From contig CAZUTV010000004.1 of the NCBI GenBank assembly GCA_964623495.1, forward strand, positions 16,587 through 80,586: 64,000 nt of DNA. The letters run 5' to 3'. Shown piece after piece: positions 1 to 8,954 of the stretch. The notes beneath the pieces were generated by a model that did not search any database, was not told the origin of the DNA, and saw only the letters and a list, made by a program, of their open reading frames with translations. The number at the start of each line of letters is the position of its first letter. The stretch's first letter is position 1. The translations under genes were made by a program, and so were the position numbers. The DNA comes from Candidatus Woesearchaeota archaeon. Lineage in GTDB: Archaea > Nanobdellota > Nanobdellia > Pacearchaeales > GW2011-AR1.

Positions 1-266
1 CTTTTCAGATGATCATCCATTAAAGCTGGAATTTAGAAGCCCAGACATGGAGTTGAGTTTTGTTCTGGCTCCTAGAGTTGAAACCGAAGATTGAAATTTT
101 ATTATACCCTTTACAAAAACATTTATATAGCTAGTAATACTATGTATGATAAGATATATTTAATATATTAAATGAGATTAAGTATATTTGGTGCGAGAAA
201 GTTTATTTAAGAATATAAAATATACTAAATAATATAAAGTATACTTCGTAATACTGGAAAAAGAGG

Positions 267-410
267 ATGAAAGAACGGGTATCTGCAACAATTGACGAAT
301 CTACTTCTAGAATAATAGATGAAATGATGAAAAAAGGAAATTACAGAAATAAATCCCATGTCATAGAAGATGCAATTAAACTGCTGAAGGAGAAAAATGG
401 AAAAAAATAA
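267..410 (+). CDS. Ribbon-helix-helix (CopG/Arc-like) small DNA-binding protein, 47 aa (below ORF-track size cutoff)
   Basis: ATG 267 with GAGG 4 nt upstream and TAA at 408-410. Translation MKERVSATIDESTSRIIDEMMKKGNYRNKSHVIEDAIKLLKEKNGKK shows a strand-helix-helix layout. The 3' end overlaps the next CDS start (397) by 14 nt. Confidence 0.6.
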   Translation: MKERVSATIDESTSRIIDEMMKKGNYRNKSHVIEDAIKLLKEKNGKK

Positions 411-1233
411 TAAAAAAGGAACTCGCGCCAGCACTCGTTCTTGGATTACCTCGTGCAAGCGCTCGCAAGTAACAATCTTCATTATTGTGGGAATTTTAAT
501 TGTGGCTGCTGTTTTACTATTCTTATTTTTAAGAAACAAAACAGGGCCCACTGGTGGAGGGCCTGAAGAACAGCCTCAGCCAGAATCTTACCTAGAAACC
601 TGCATGAAAGAAGATGTCTTTGAGGCAATTGACTTAATTTCAATGCAGGGGGGATACAGAAATCCTAGTTTTTACAAAGAATATCAATTTACCGGAGAGC
701 CAGGATTTACAAATATAGCCTATCTCTGTTATACTCCAAATTATTATTCTAGGTGTATAAATCAAAATCCTGTATTTATGACTCACTTAAAAAATGAGCT
801 GGCTGCAGAAATTAACGGCACAGTTAGAGCTTGCTGGAATAAGTTTGGGCAGAGTTTGGAAACGGCAGGGTATGTTGTTGAGGGATTATACCAAGGATTT
901 AATCTTAGTTTTACCCAAACAAAAGCAATAATAGACATTAGAGGACAGTTAACAATGACAAAGAATAATGAAACGACAATAGAAAAAGATATCAAAGTGA
1001 ATATTCCAACAGCATACTATAAAATAGGAGATCTTGTCAATACAATAGTCGGACAGGAGGCATTACATTGCAGTTTTCAAAGTCTTGGGTACATGGTGCT
1101 TCATCCCGGCATTTGGAGGATTAACGAAACCAAAACAAGCGATAGTATTAAGATATATACAATAGAACATAAGAAAACTAAAGAAAGGTTCAGATTTGCT
1201 ATAAGGGGGTGTGTGATACCTCCTGGATTTTAA
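397..1233 (+). CDS. Prepilin-like (class III signal peptide-like) secreted protein, family A; paralog of 5742..6509
   Basis: 278-aa ORF. N-terminus ...KRSQVTIFIIVGILIVAAVLLFL (basic, small residue, Q, hydrophobic helix). Shares ETCMKED../YLCYT..YY..C and the C-terminal PPGF/PPGY motif with the 255-aa ORF. Confidence 0.6.
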   Translation: MEKNNKKGTRASTRSWITSCKRSQVTIFIIVGILIVAAVLLFLFLRNKTGPTGGGPEEQPQPESYLETCMKEDVFEAIDLISMQGGYRNPSFYKEYQFTGEPGFTNIAYLCYTPNYYSRCINQNPVFMTHLKNELAAEINGTVRACWNKFGQSLETAGYVVEGLYQGFNLSFTQTKAIIDIRGQLTMTKNNETTIEKDIKVNIPTAYYKIGDLVNTIVGQEALHCSFQSLGYMVLHPGIWRINETKTSDSIKIYTIEHKKTKERFRFAIRGCVIPPGF

Positions 1234-1234
1234 A

Positions 1235-4200
1235 ATGAAAAAAAGAGTAAAAAAACAAATAAGCCTGTTTTTATCAGCAATAGCAATTATTCAAATCTTG
1301 CTATTAATTAATGCTAACGTGGCTGAGAGTTATTTAGTAAGCAAGACTGAGGAGGTTATTGAAAAAGCCCAGGTTACAGCCAAGAAGAATGATGAGGCAA
1401 GAAGCCTAATAGACAAGGGAGTTAACTTCTTAATAGGATTTTTAAGCATAAAGCAAATAGGGGTTGTTTCTGCGCAAAATATTCAAGAGTGGTGCTGTCC
1501 TGAAATGAAACCTGTTGGAACACAAAACGGAGCAAGATGTGTTCCGCTTTCTTCTGAAAGAGCAAGCGAGTGTATAGATCCTATCCCAACAAAGTGCGAA
1601 AATACTCCGGTGTGTGATACAGGATGTTGTATTCAGCCAACAGGTCAGTGCAGTCTTAATTCTCCAAAAGGAAATTGTACTGCTGGAGGGGGAGTTTGGA
1701 AGGAAGACGAAACCTGCTCTATTCAAGAGTGCAGTCTCGGATGCTGCACTGCAACACACGAGTTAACAACAAGAAAGCAATGCGAAGATTTATCTAGACA
1801 GGAAAATGTGGCCTTAAACTTTCTGGATTCTGTGACAGATGAGCCAACATGCATTGGTTTGCAGTTTAGCGGAATGCAGGGGGCTTGTGTATTTGAGGAT
1901 CAAAGCTGCCAGAGAATTCCCAACGAAGGGATAAGTGACGCACTTGAGTGTGTTAATCAGGGAGGAAAATTCAGCCAGGGAAAGCTATGCTCTCATCCAC
2001 TGCTTAATACAACTTGCACTAGGACAAATTACACTGGATGCGATCCTGCAGTAGTTCTTCCAGAAATCTACTGGTTTGATTCTTGTGGAAATAGGGAGAA
2101 TATTTACAATGCAAACAAAGCAACTAGCTGGAATAATGGAAACATACTTAGCAAAGACTCTAGCTGTGGTGCAGGGACAGGCTCTATAAACAGCCATACT
2201 TGCGGAAATTGCGATTCATTCTTAAACAGCATTTGCTCCCCTTCAACCGGAAGCAACAAGATTAATGACGGAAATTTTATCTGCAAGGATTTAAGGTGCC
2301 ACTATAAAGACCAGTGGAATCATAATGTAACTAAAGACAACGGAGAGAGCTGGTGTGTTTATGATGGAAGCATTGGAAGCGTTAAAAGTCCGTGGAGCCA
2401 TGGACTGAACTTTTCAAGCGATGTTGTCGGAAGCAGGCACTGGAAGTGGTCGTGTGTTGACGGTGAGATAATAAAAGAAGGTTGCATGGACGGAAGGACC
2501 GAGATATGTGCAGAGTCAAGAGTTGATGTTGGTGGAGGAAATAAATTTAGCGTTGCCCAATGCATTGTTAATGAGGGAAAAATGTGTCTTGACTTAAATC
2601 CTCTGCAGTATGTGGAAGATGACAAGCTAATTGACAACACAACACTTATACAAGCGTGCAACGACAATAAATTCTGCGCAATCAAAAAAGTTGATGTTGA
2701 CAAATACTTTAAATTTGATCTTTGCATGCCAAGATATCCTGTTGCCTCAAACTTAAGCGATGGGGTAGATGATGCTGTATGCAAGATGTGGGAGTTCAAA
2801 TGCACGATTGTGGAAGGGAAAAAATTCTTGGGATCTTGGGATTGCAAGGAAAATTGCGGATGCAAGACTGAGAAATTTGTTCAGCAGCTTAACGACGTAT
2901 GTGCTTCATGGAGTGATTGCGGCTCTAAGGTCAATATTGTTGGAAAAGGGACAGATAATTATGTTGTTGAGGGAAAAAACCAGTTTGGCATGGTGAGCGA
3001 GTGCACTTCAAGCGGAATATGCGGGCAGGAGTGCAGGAGAAGCGCACATTGTTTCAATTATACAGGAAGTTTGGCAAAGGGAAACGATATAGCTGGATTT
3101 GGAAACGATATTATAGGGACTAATCCAGGAGAGCATGTAATAAATAAAACTCAGGGAGTATGGTCGTGCCAAAATGTAACTGAGTGGAGCCAAATACAAA
3201 ATAGATACGTTACGCAGCATCTTAACTGCCAAGGAAATAATCCTCTAGAATTGGCTCCTGCAGAAGTAGAGTATTTAATACAAGAATGCAAGACAGTAGG
3301 CACCTGCAATGGAAATAATTTCCAAATGAAACCTCAGATAAAAAGCAAGTTCTCGTGGCAGAATTATACAAAATATGCAAGGCCTGTAAACGGACAGTAT
3401 GCTGAAGTCCCAAATTATGATGAATATATGGCTACAATTCTTGGCGGAGGAGAAATCCCGGCTGTGGGAACTCCTGCATATGGAGAATTCCAAGAAAAGA
3501 CAGTAGACTACCTTTCAGGAATTCCTGGCGCGATTGGATCAACCATAAGTCTTTTGACTTTAACAACCGGAGCTTCAATGTGGGCTTCAGTCACATGGTC
3601 AGCTAGATACGCGGCCACAAAAGTAGGTGCTGCAGCACCTACAGCCCATTTTACAACCCTGGGAACAATTGCGGTTGCGGCAGCTGCCTTCGCTATTGGA
3701 ACATGGGTTGGGGGAAAAATTGCTCAGTCTTTAGGATATACTGGAACATGGGGGACATTACTAGCTTTGTCTTTCGGAGCTGCCTTTGCAGGACTAGCAA
3801 TACTTTTAGTTCCTGGAATTGCTAACTCCTGGAATCCTGTTGGGTGGGTTTTGCTTATTGTTGCATTTATAGGGAGTGTTTTGACTTTCTTGTTTGGAAC
3901 AAGACATAGAGAAAGAGAGGCAACATTTACATGCATGCCTTGGGAAGCTCCTTATGGGGGAGATGATTGTTCAAAGTGCAATGACAATCCAGACAAGCCT
4001 TGCACAAGATACAGATGCGAGAGTTTAGGTCAAGCGTGTGTTTACGTAGGAGATAACATGGAAAATGCGCCGTGTGATGCAATTGAGGATGACGGCAAAC
4101 CTCCAGTCATAACTCCCTTAAAAATTGATTCCGGATATAAGTTTGTAAATACAACCGCAAATAGCACTAAGGTAAGAAGAACAAATAATGCCTGTCTACC

Positions 4201-5752
4201 TACATTCACAGAGGTGGATGTTACTTTCAAGACAGACGAGTATGCAAGATGCAACTGGACAGCTGAAACTACATGGCCAGGAGTAGATATGCCTAGTCCG
4301 TATCCTATAGAAGGTAATGGTTTCATATTTAACCACACTTTCAGAATTAAAATGCCTTCAATCGATATGCTAAATGCAAACGATGTTTCTGGGGACATAA
4401 GGAAGTGGTTTGGAAACATGAATTTCAACATTGCATGCACTGACTTCTATGGGAGAACAAGTTATCCTAAATATAAGGTTAATTTCTGCATTGAAGAAGA
4501 AGATAAAACTCCAGTAAACCACGCATTTACAATATTTGTTCCAAGAACAGACACAAAACTGAAAATAGGAACAACAAGTGTTCCTATAAAAATGCTGATT
4601 AACAAGCCAGCAGAATGTAAATATGATACTAAACCAGGAACAGACTATAGTTCAATGCCTTATACGATGGATTGCAAAACAGGACTTGGTGATTTGGATT
4701 ATGCTTTAGGAGGAAGCGGGTGGCCGTGCACAACAAACATGACTGGTTTAGTAACAGGAGATAATAGAATTTATGTCAGATGCAAGGCACAACCTTATTT
4801 CCCTGCATCCAGACAGAATGAAAGAAGAACTAATGGACAGGATAAAGAATATAACTTAATTGTCACAGACAGCCAGCTTGTAATAGATGACGTCAGTTTC
4901 ACAGCAGATGATATGACTATTGGTGCAGGAGGCAAATTTGTCCTCGGAGGTGCTAATTGTCTTAGTGTAAATATGCAGGTTAGGACAAGTGAAGGGGCTG
5001 ATAACGGAATTGCGACATGCAAATGGGGAATAACAAAAACAGGAAGCAGATGGGACTTCCCTCCTGACGACGGAGTAACTCACAACCAGGTCCTTAACCC
5101 AAGATGCGTGGGAACACATGTAAATTACATTGACTGCTTTGATGGTGCTGGAAATACCGCCTCTGTTGTTGCGAACTTTACTCTTGAAATTGACACTCAG
5201 CCCCCAAGAATAATCAATAATGAAACAATTGATGGAAACATGAGGCTTGAAACAGATGAACTGGCTAATTGCTATTATAATAATTATGCCTGTAGAACAA
5301 ATCCTGCAAATCAGACACCTATAACCCAAGAGAACTTTGAAAGTTTTGAAACAGAGCACTGGATTTACGATTTAAGTCCAAGAAGAGATTATTATGTTAC
5401 ATGTAAGGATGTTTACAATCATACAAACCCAAGTTGCGCAATAATAATAAAAGCAACAGAAGTAGATGATGGAACTCCTCCGATAGCAACAAGAGTTTAC
5501 AACGATGCAGGAAACTTAAAGCTTATAACAAATGAGGCTGCAAAATGTTCATACAGCACAGCAAACTGCAACTTCAATATCAGCAACGGAATATGGCTGG
5601 ATACAGCAGGCGACCAGGAATGGTCTACAGAGCACTTTACTGAGTGGAATCCTAAACAAACCTACCACATAAAATGCAGAGATGACTGGGGAAACACCAA
5701 CCAACCAGAATGTCTTATAATAGTAAAGCCGGAAGAACTTTATGATGATTAA
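1235..5752 (+). CDS. Giant cysteine-rich surface/membrane protein (1505 aa): N-terminal anchor, Cys-rich domain, Gly/Ala/Thr-rich multi-helix membrane segment, then tandem C-terminal domains
   Basis: Uninterrupted 4.5-kb ORF starting 1 nt after the upstream stop. The N-half is colinear with the 570-aa ORF (WFDSCGNRENIYNANK vs FVDSCGNVANIYDANK). The C-half is colinear with the 753-aa ORF (FTCMPWEAPYGGDDCSKCN vs FECKPWQAPLGGKDCEKCN). Many N-x-S/T sequons. Confidence 0.8.
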   Translation: MKKRVKKQISLFLSAIAIIQILLLINANVAESYLVSKTEEVIEKAQVTAKKNDEARSLIDKGVNFLIGFLSIKQIGVVSAQNIQEWCCPEMKPVGTQNGARCVPLSSERASECIDPIPTKCENTPVCDTGCCIQPTGQCSLNSPKGNCTAGGGVWKEDETCSIQECSLGCCTATHELTTRKQCEDLSRQENVALNFLDSVTDEPTCIGLQFSGMQGACVFEDQSCQRIPNEGISDALECVNQGGKFSQGKLCSHPLLNTTCTRTNYTGCDPAVVLPEIYWFDSCGNRENIYNANKATSWNNGNILSKDSSCGAGTGSINSHTCGNCDSFLNSICSPSTGSNKINDGNFICKDLRCHYKDQWNHNVTKDNGESWCVYDGSIGSVKSPWSHGLNFSSDVVGSRHWKWSCVDGEIIKEGCMDGRTEICAESRVDVGGGNKFSVAQCIVNEGKMCLDLNPLQYVEDDKLIDNTTLIQACNDNKFCAIKKVDVDKYFKFDLCMPRYPVASNLSDGVDDAVCKMWEFKCTIVEGKKFLGSWDCKENCGCKTEKFVQQLNDVCASWSDCGSKVNIVGKGTDNYVVEGKNQFGMVSECTSSGICGQECRRSAHCFNYTGSLAKGNDIAGFGNDIIGTNPGEHVINKTQGVWSCQNVTEWSQIQNRYVTQHLNCQGNNPLELAPAEVEYLIQECKTVGTCNGNNFQMKPQIKSKFSWQNYTKYARPVNGQYAEVPNYDEYMATILGGGEIPAVGTPAYGEFQEKTVDYLSGIPGAIGSTISLLTLTTGASMWASVTWSARYAATKVGAAAPTAHFTTLGTIAVAAAAFAIGTWVGGKIAQSLGYTGTWGTLLALSFGAAFAGLAILLVPGIANSWNPVGWVLLIVAFIGSVLTFLFGTRHREREATFTCMPWEAPYGGDDCSKCNDNPDKPCTRYRCESLGQACVYVGDNMENAPCDAIEDDGKPPVITPLKIDSGYKFVNTTANSTKVRRTNNACLPTFTEVDVTFKTDEYARCNWTAETTWPGVDMPSPYPIEGNGFIFNHTFRIKMPSIDMLNANDVSGDIRKWFGNMNFNIACTDFYGRTSYPKYKVNFCIEEEDKTPVNHAFTIFVPRTDTKLKIGTTSVPIKMLINKPAECKYDTKPGTDYSSMPYTMDCKTGLGDLDYALGGSGWPCTTNMTGLVTGDNRIYVRCKAQPYFPASRQNERRTNGQDKEYNLIVTDSQLVIDDVSFTADDMTIGAGGKFVLGGANCLSVNMQVRTSEGADNGIATCKWGITKTGSRWDFPPDDGVTHNQVLNPRCVGTHVNYIDCFDGAGNTASVVANFTLEIDTQPPRIINNETIDGNMRLETDELANCYYNNYACRTNPANQTPITQENFESFETEHWIYDLSPRRDYYVTCKDVYNHTNPSCAIIIKATEVDDGTPPIATRVYNDAGNLKLITNEAAKCSYSTANCNFNISNGIWLDTAGDQEWSTEHFTEWNPKQTYHIKCRDDWGNTNQPECLIIVKPEELYDD

Positions 5753-6509
5753 GAAAAAGAATTTTCGTGGTCAAGTCACCCTATTTGTAATTATAGGTCT
5801 AGTGATAGTTGCAATTGGAATTTTAATTTATTTGTTATATCCAAAAATAAGAGGGCCTCTTGGATTTGATGAAGAAAATCCTTATCAAACAATCCAAACC
5901 TGCCTAGAAGATAATGTTAGAGAAGTGGTTGAAAAGCTTTCTTTAAGCGGAGGAAGTGTTGAACCAGAACATTACATTGTTTATAACGGAGATAACATAG
6001 AATATCTATGTTATACTAACGAGTATTACAAAACCTGTGTTGTCCAGCAGCCTTTGCTAAAGAGGCATATTGAGCTGGAAATACAAACGCAGATAAATGA
6101 AAGAGTCAGAAAATGCTTTTTGGATTTAGAGAGCAATTTTAAGAAAAAAGGCTATACTGTTAATCTAAGGACTGGGGGTGTTGAGGCAGAGCTTCTCCCA
6201 AAGAGGGTTGTTCTTAATTTTAATCATTCGTTAACTTTAACAAAAGAGGGCTCAGATAATTACGATAAGTTTAGTGTTGTCGTGAACAATAATCTTTATG
6301 AATTAATAAGCATAGCAAATAGTATTATCCAGTGGGAAGCAAGATACGGAGATGCGGAAACTACAACTTATATGACTTACTACAGAGACTTGAAAGTTGA
6401 AAAGAAGCTGCAGCAAGAGGGAACAACGATTTACATTTTAACTGACAGAAACAATGAAAATAAATTCCAGTTTGCATCAAGGAGTGTTGCATGGCCTCCA
6501 GGGTATTAG
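5742..6509 (+). CDS. Prepilin-like secreted protein, family A (paralog of 397..1233)
   Basis: 255 aa. N-terminus KKNFRGQVTLFVIIGLVIVAIGILIYLL. NIEYLCYTNEYYKTCVVQQP matches NIAYLCYTPNYYSRCINQNP, and the C-terminus ends WPPGY. Overlaps the upstream stop by 11 nt. Confidence 0.65.
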   Translation: MMIKKKNFRGQVTLFVIIGLVIVAIGILIYLLYPKIRGPLGFDEENPYQTIQTCLEDNVREVVEKLSLSGGSVEPEHYIVYNGDNIEYLCYTNEYYKTCVVQQPLLKRHIELEIQTQINERVRKCFLDLESNFKKKGYTVNLRTGGVEAELLPKRVVLNFNHSLTLTKEGSDNYDKFSVVVNNNLYELISIANSIIQWEARYGDAETTTYMTYYRDLKVEKKLQQEGTTIYILTDRNNENKFQFASRSVAWPPGY

Positions 6510-8203
6510 ATAAAATGGAAAGTAATTTAGAATTAACTATAAGAAATAACGCAATAACAATCAGAGGGGTTAATAATAAAAATCATCTAATGGTTTTAGC
6601 ATTCACAATCTTCCTGCTAGCCAACGTTCTTCCATCAATTAATTCTGTCGGTGAAATCTCTTATTGCTGTGAGAAAACAAAAAGCGGAGCGTGGTGCCAG
6701 AATGTAGATGATAGATCTAAATGCGCTACTGGCGGAGGATTAAATGCTCCTGCTCCAACATCCTGCCAGGCAACTTCATACTGTAAACTTGGATGTTGTT
6801 ATGACAGCCGGGAAGGAACCTGCATGCCAAACACCCCTAAAAAAGTCTGCAACGATAACCAAGGGGTATGGGATGCTAATGCTGATTGTGAAATCCCCCA
6901 ATGCAATCTTGGATGCTGTGTTGTCGGAGACCAGGCAGCATTTGTAACACTCACGAATTGCAAAAAACTTTCTGCAGATTATGGCTTAGAAACAGATTTT
7001 AGATCAGATATAACTAATGAAGAGGAATGCATTGCAAGCGTTGCTTCTGATGTTTTAGGTGCTTGCGTATTTGAAGAAGACTTTCAAAAAACCTGCCAAA
7101 TGTTAACCCAAAAAGAATGCAGAGACTTAGATTCAACAAACAACGGGGCAACTTTTTATGCCGACACCCTATGCTCTTCTGATAGGCTTGGGACAAACTG
7201 CGGACCGACTGAAAAAACAACCTGTGTAGAAGGAAGAGACGAGGTTTTCTTTGTAGACAGCTGCGGCAATGTTGCAAACATTTACGATGCTAATAAAATA
7301 AATAACAAAGAATATTGGGGCACATTATATGCAAGAAGCGAGAGCTGCGGATTTGAGGTAGACAATGCTGGCTCTGTAAGCTGTGGAAACTGCGATTATT
7401 ATTCTGGAAGCACATGCAAGCCTTATGATAGAGGCGTAGATAACGCAAGACCAAAATATGGGAACAATATTTGCAGGGATTTGGATTGCACTTATAAGGG
7501 AAAGACTTATCAGCATGGAGAGACCTGGTGCGAGTATAATTCTGAAGATCGTGATGCTCCTGGAAGCGAATCTTTTAGATTCGTATGTTACAATAATGAG
7601 GTAACTGTAGAAAAGTGTGGAAATTACAGGCAGGAAATCTGCATTCAATCAGAAACAAATGGATTCAAGTTTGCAAAATGCGCGGCAAACATGTGGCAGG
7701 AATGTGTCTCACAGAACAACTCACAAGATTGCGAGAATGAAGATCAAAGAGATTGCATATGGGTGAAAAGCGGAGAGATAAAGGCAGATATTAATCTTGA
7801 AAAAGAAGGGTTTGATGACTGGAAAGAATTTTACGATAGATTCAAAGACAAAACAATTCCTGACAAATTCCTTCAGTATGTTTGCGTTCCTAAATTCACT
7901 CCTGGGTTTGACTTAACAAGCGATGAAAATGATGCCCAGGGAATATGCTCAATGGCAAGCACCCAATGTGTAGCGAAATTTGAAAAAGGGTTATTTGGAG
8001 GGAAATACAAGTGTATTTCAAATTGTCATTGCTGCGTTAATGACAAAGATCATGAAGGGTGTTTAAGCCAGGTCAGAGGAACACAGAACAACTGGGAAGG
8101 AGACAAGGAAAGCCTATGTGGTTATTTGGGTGATTGTGGAGACAAGAAAAACTTCATAGGCACTTTAGGATATGCAAACAGAAGCCAGTTAATAGTAACT
8201 TAA
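6491..8203 (+). CDS. Cysteine-rich secreted protein (570 aa), stand-alone homolog of the N-half of the 1505-aa protein
   Basis: Signal-anchor HLMVLAFTIFLLANVLPSINS. Motifs shared with 1235..5752: repeated (L/T)GCC, CGNCDYYSGSTC, NNICRDLDCTYK, GETWCEYN. The start could instead be the ATG at 6515. Confidence 0.75.
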   Translation: MASRVLDKMESNLELTIRNNAITIRGVNNKNHLMVLAFTIFLLANVLPSINSVGEISYCCEKTKSGAWCQNVDDRSKCATGGGLNAPAPTSCQATSYCKLGCCYDSREGTCMPNTPKKVCNDNQGVWDANADCEIPQCNLGCCVVGDQAAFVTLTNCKKLSADYGLETDFRSDITNEEECIASVASDVLGACVFEEDFQKTCQMLTQKECRDLDSTNNGATFYADTLCSSDRLGTNCGPTEKTTCVEGRDEVFFVDSCGNVANIYDANKINNKEYWGTLYARSESCGFEVDNAGSVSCGNCDYYSGSTCKPYDRGVDNARPKYGNNICRDLDCTYKGKTYQHGETWCEYNSEDRDAPGSESFRFVCYNNEVTVEKCGNYRQEICIQSETNGFKFAKCAANMWQECVSQNNSQDCENEDQRDCIWVKSGEIKADINLEKEGFDDWKEFYDRFKDKTIPDKFLQYVCVPKFTPGFDLTSDENDAQGICSMASTQCVAKFEKGLFGGKYKCISNCHCCVNDKDHEGCLSQVRGTQNNWEGDKESLCGYLGDCGDKKNFIGTLGYANRSQLIVT

Positions 8204-8243
8204 AAATAGTAACATTTAAATATAATAAAGACAGAAAAAGAAC

Positions 8244-8948
8244 ATGAGAAATTTAAGGGATTTGATAAGTAAAGGAAGAAACACACTAGCTGCTTTAGGG
8301 GTTGTTGGAGCACTGGCTTTTGGATATCAAAATGCTTCTGCGCAATCAGTAAGCGATCCTGCCTTACTTTCAATATTCAAAACCTTTGGATTAAGCAGCG
8401 AGAGCCAAAGTGACAGACAACTGGCAGAGTACTTTTTGGGTTGGGGAATGATGGATAGAGAGATGGAAATAGCAAAAGCCGGAAGAAACCAGATAATCAT
8501 TAACAATCAAATATATACTCTTCCTAATGGATATGTTTTTGATAATTCACAAAATCCAGAGGATTTTCGAATAAGGCCTCCTAAAAGGGAATTCTTTACT
8601 TTTGGCAGAATTAATGATAGAAACAGGGATCGTCTATTAGCTAGCGATGAAATGGAAGACATAAAGGACCTCTTCACAACTGATGAAAGTATAAATATTT
8701 GTTTTAATTATGAAACCGGAGAAGATGTAAAAGGGAAAAAATTCTATTTAAGGGTCTTTGATGAGAATGGAAGACAAACCTATCCAACATCATCTCTGAT
8801 TAATCCCTACCCGGATGCATATTGGTTGGCTTCTGGAGGAGCAAATATCGAAAATCCGGGAAGATATACTTTTGAAGTTTACGATGAAAATGATCAACTA
8901 TTAATGTCAAAAACAATCAGAGTGGTTGCTGCAGAAAAAAAAGAATAA
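8244..8948 (+). CDS. Secreted hypothetical protein (234 aa) inserted in module B
   Basis: Sec-type signal LAALGVVGALAFGYQNASAQS. No counterpart in the fused 1505-aa protein and no family recognised. Confidence 0.6.
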   Translation: MRNLRDLISKGRNTLAALGVVGALAFGYQNASAQSVSDPALLSIFKTFGLSSESQSDRQLAEYFLGWGMMDREMEIAKAGRNQIIINNQIYTLPNGYVFDNSQNPEDFRIRPPKREFFTFGRINDRNRDRLLASDEMEDIKDLFTTDESINICFNYETGEDVKGKKFYLRVFDENGRQTYPTSSLINPYPDAYWLASGGANIENPGRYTFEVYDENDQLLMSKTIRVVAAEKKE

Positions 8949-8954
8949 AGAAAA

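Noticed and set aside
1-94. Open frame (frame 2) running from the window edge to TGA at 92-94 (...DHPLKLEFRSPDMELSFVLAPRVETED), possibly the 3' end of an upstream gene.
   Set aside because: Only 30 codons are visible, with no recognisable motif. The call cannot be supported from the window alone.
225-551. 108-aa minus-strand ORF from the track.
   Set aside because: Low-complexity, hydrophobic translation. It overlaps a well-formed plus-strand RHH gene and the start of the 278-aa gene, so it is most likely an AT-rich antisense artefact.
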